DNA from: Lama guanicoe
Lineage: Eukaryota
Assembly (NCBI GenBank): GCA_013239625.1
Contig: MU053504.1
Location: 2,302,607-2,366,606 of the forward strand
Length of the DNA: 64,000 bases
Reading direction: 5' to 3'
Numbering within the stretch: the stretch's first letter is position 1; each line of letters opens with the position of its first letter. Below, piece after piece: positions 61,223 through 64,000 of this stretch. Position numbers and translations under genes: made by a program. A model generated the notes under the pieces. It ran no database searches. It saw nothing but the letters and a program-made list of their open reading frames with translations, and was not told the DNA's origin.

Positions 61223-64000
61223 GGAAGAACTAATCTCCAAGTGGCAATTCTATGGCCAAAGAGGAAAGGAATAGACCCAAATGGGCCAACCAAGGAACTC
61301 ACTCCGTTGTCAGGGCAGAGATTCCATGACTCCTGTGGGTTAAGTATGGCTTGGTCATAGCTTGGACCAGCGACTGTTGGGCAGGTTTCCCATTCTCCCA
61401 CTTTTCAAATGAGTGTTTTGTTGTAGTTATTTTGTTTCTACTCCAGCATTGCACACATCCCCATGCACAGTGGGGCCGGATAATATGTCTTTTATTTTAT
61501 AGGCCATTGAATGCAGAGAAGTTTATCCAGATCTGATGGGGAGAGCAGCACATCTCCCATAGACCTGGACTTTGAGCTAGAATCATTCATTGGATAGGAC
61601 TTTGGGACCTTTAGGGAGGGGCAAGGGTTTTTTTCTACGTATGGGCAGAGAGCTTGCATGGCCAAAGTGGTGGACTGTTAAATCACTAAATTGATTGTGG
61701 TGGTGACAACATAACTATATGAGTTTTTCAAAAATTGGAGAACGGCACATTAAAAAGGGTGAGCATTCATACATATAATTTATACCTTAAAAAAAAAGAA
61801 GGAAAAATGCAGGCATCCTCAGGGCATTTTACAATCGCACTCTCTTTGACATGGAAATAAATGCTGTTCACCACACACACACACACACTAGCTGGGCAGG
61901 GGAGATCAAGAGTCTTATTTTGGGCATGTTGAATTTGAGATGCTCAAAGACAGTTGGACAAAAATCCAGGCCCAGGCGGAGTGATTGTGGGCTGTTGATG
62001 CAGATTTAGCAGACACCATGTTGAAGCCATGGGGCTAGAGAGAGAGTGTAAGCAAGGGGAGGCAGCCCGTTCCAAGACTGGAGCACTCCAGCACTCAGGA
62101 GGCACATCCACTGAGGTAGGAGGAAAACCCACTCGGGGAGGGCGGGGCCCCAAAGAAGCCAAGAGCCGAAAGCCTTCCCAGAAGGAGGCAGCTGTCAGCA
62201 GTTTTGAATGTTTCTGAGAGATTGAACGAGTGAGTGAGGGCCACTGGATTTGGGAACCAGGAAGTTTTGGGGGGTTTTAGCAGAGTGTGAAGGAAGGTAG
62301 ACTAAAGTAGGTTGCGAAGGGAGGAAGTGGTGATGGGACCTGTCCCTAGTACTTTGAAGCAGTTTTGCTTTGAATATCAAGTGAGGAATGGTGGTAGCTG
62401 GAGGCAGACACAGAGGTCTAGGGAAGCCCCCCTTTCCACTTTGTTTAAAGATGAGAATTGCTGAAAGATACTTGTATGCTTGTGGGAATGGTCCACTAGT
62501 CCCACAAGAGAGAAAGTGAGGGAAGAAATAGGAGAGGAGGGAGAACTGAAGGAGGAGGGACACAAGTGATAGAAGTGGGATCTTCTCCATCTCTGAGGAG
62601 TATGGGGAGAGAGAGCGGGTCCTAAGTGGAGGTGGGTCTGAAGATTTGGAAGGAGGATGGCGTCTGCTTCCTCAGTGAAGAGTGAAGCAATGAAGAGAAT
62701 GGTGCCTGTGTCCTCAACAGCTGGGCTGGGCACACAAGGGGGTGTTGGAGGTTTGAGAACAGAGGAGAAGGAATGAACAAGTCCCAGCAGAGAGTGGGAG
62801 AGGCAGCACCCACGGGAAGAGTGGTGTGCTGGGAAGGCAATGCTGAGAGCCCCGTGGCCCTGGATAGAAAGGGAGGCCAGTGACTAGGCTGAGTGACTTT
62901 CTCCGGCAGTACTCACTATCCAGGTTCTCTGGGGTTTGTGCAGAGTGCAGGCAGCTCTAACTCAATCAGTTATTCTCACAGTGGGCTTCATCGACCAACA
63001 GGATGAGACTCACCTGGGAACCTGTTAAAAATGCAAATGATTGGACACCACCCCAAACCTACTGAATCAGAAACTCTGGGGTGGGGCCCAGCCATCTGTG
63101 TTTTTTGCAAGCTCTCCAGATGGTTCCAAAAGCTTGAGAAGATCTGAACTAGAGTGAAGGAACTTGAGGGCACTGGGGATGACCTGCAACTTGAAGCTGA
63201 GAATGGCTACCATCTTCCAGGGCAGAAGTCCTCATGCTATGAGCTCTGGTGTATCTTCTCTCTTAACTAGTGACAGATCTAGAAGCAAACCCTGGGTATT
63301 GCCAAGGACAAAATGCTGTTAAGAGGGGCTCTGACCGTTCTAATGAAAGATTGTTTCACAAGGTAAACACATCTTTCAAATGTACTTTTTATTTTTCTGA
63401 ATCTGCATTTGAATGGGTTTTGTGTAATTGGATTTTTGCTCCTGCCACAGTGTTTTGAAAGGATCCTGGACTCTCCTTTCTCTCCCCAGGGCATGTCTTC
63501 CAGGCTTGTCACAGGGACCTTCTTGAGCCCTTCTCTCTCCTTCCACATGGCTCGTTCCAGTTTTCAAGTCTGTGGGGAAACAACAATGAACCGGACACTC
63601 TCCTACGTGTGAGAGCTGAAATAAAGACCAGGATGAGTCAGCCTCTGCCAACCTCCAGGATCTCCCGGTCCTCCCAGTGACTCAGAGGATGGTCTGTTTA
63701 ATGGGTAAGTGCTCCTCCCAGGAAGCTGGCAGCCCCAGCCTCCCCCTACCTGAGTCACCAGGCCTGGGTGCTCCTATCAAGACATAGTTATCTCCAGGAC
63801 CAGGGGAGGCAAGCCAAGAAAGATCAGGGATAAATGGACCAGGAAATAGGATGGGAATTGAAAGGCTAAGATATGGGAGGCTAAATTTGTTCCTCATTTG
63901 CCTGTGGCCTTGAGTGGACCAACAAAGAGCTCCTATTTGAAAATGGGAGAAATTGAGAATCCTCCAATGTTGGTAGCCCCAGTAGTGGCCCAAAAAGGAG

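Overview
Mammalian, repeat-rich, essentially non-coding DNA, probably camelid (inferred from ten copies of a tRNA-Ala(AGC)-derived SINE resembling Vic-1). The first ~540 bp are a CpG-island promoter with a probable non-coding first exon on the minus strand, for a gene running out of the window to the left that I could not identify. The rest is upstream/intergenic sequence built from L1/HAL1, L2, MaLR/ERV LTRs, hAT DNA transposons, SINEs and a decayed ERV-L gag-protease remnant. I found no credible host CDS and no evidence for a new multi-gene system. The most interesting structures are: (i) a perfect 56-bp inverted templated insertion copied from ~2.2 kb away with a patchwork repair scar; (ii) a TSD-flanked chimeric retro-insertion (L1 fragment + mRNA-like 3' end + two poly(A) tracts); (iii) two ~2.1-kb, >99% identical tandem duplications (real or assembly artefact); (iv) a TSD-flanked L1 with both ORFs missing; (v) an unidentified 122-nt insert inside a SINE. 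Repeat family names are from visual recognition and most boundaries are approximate.
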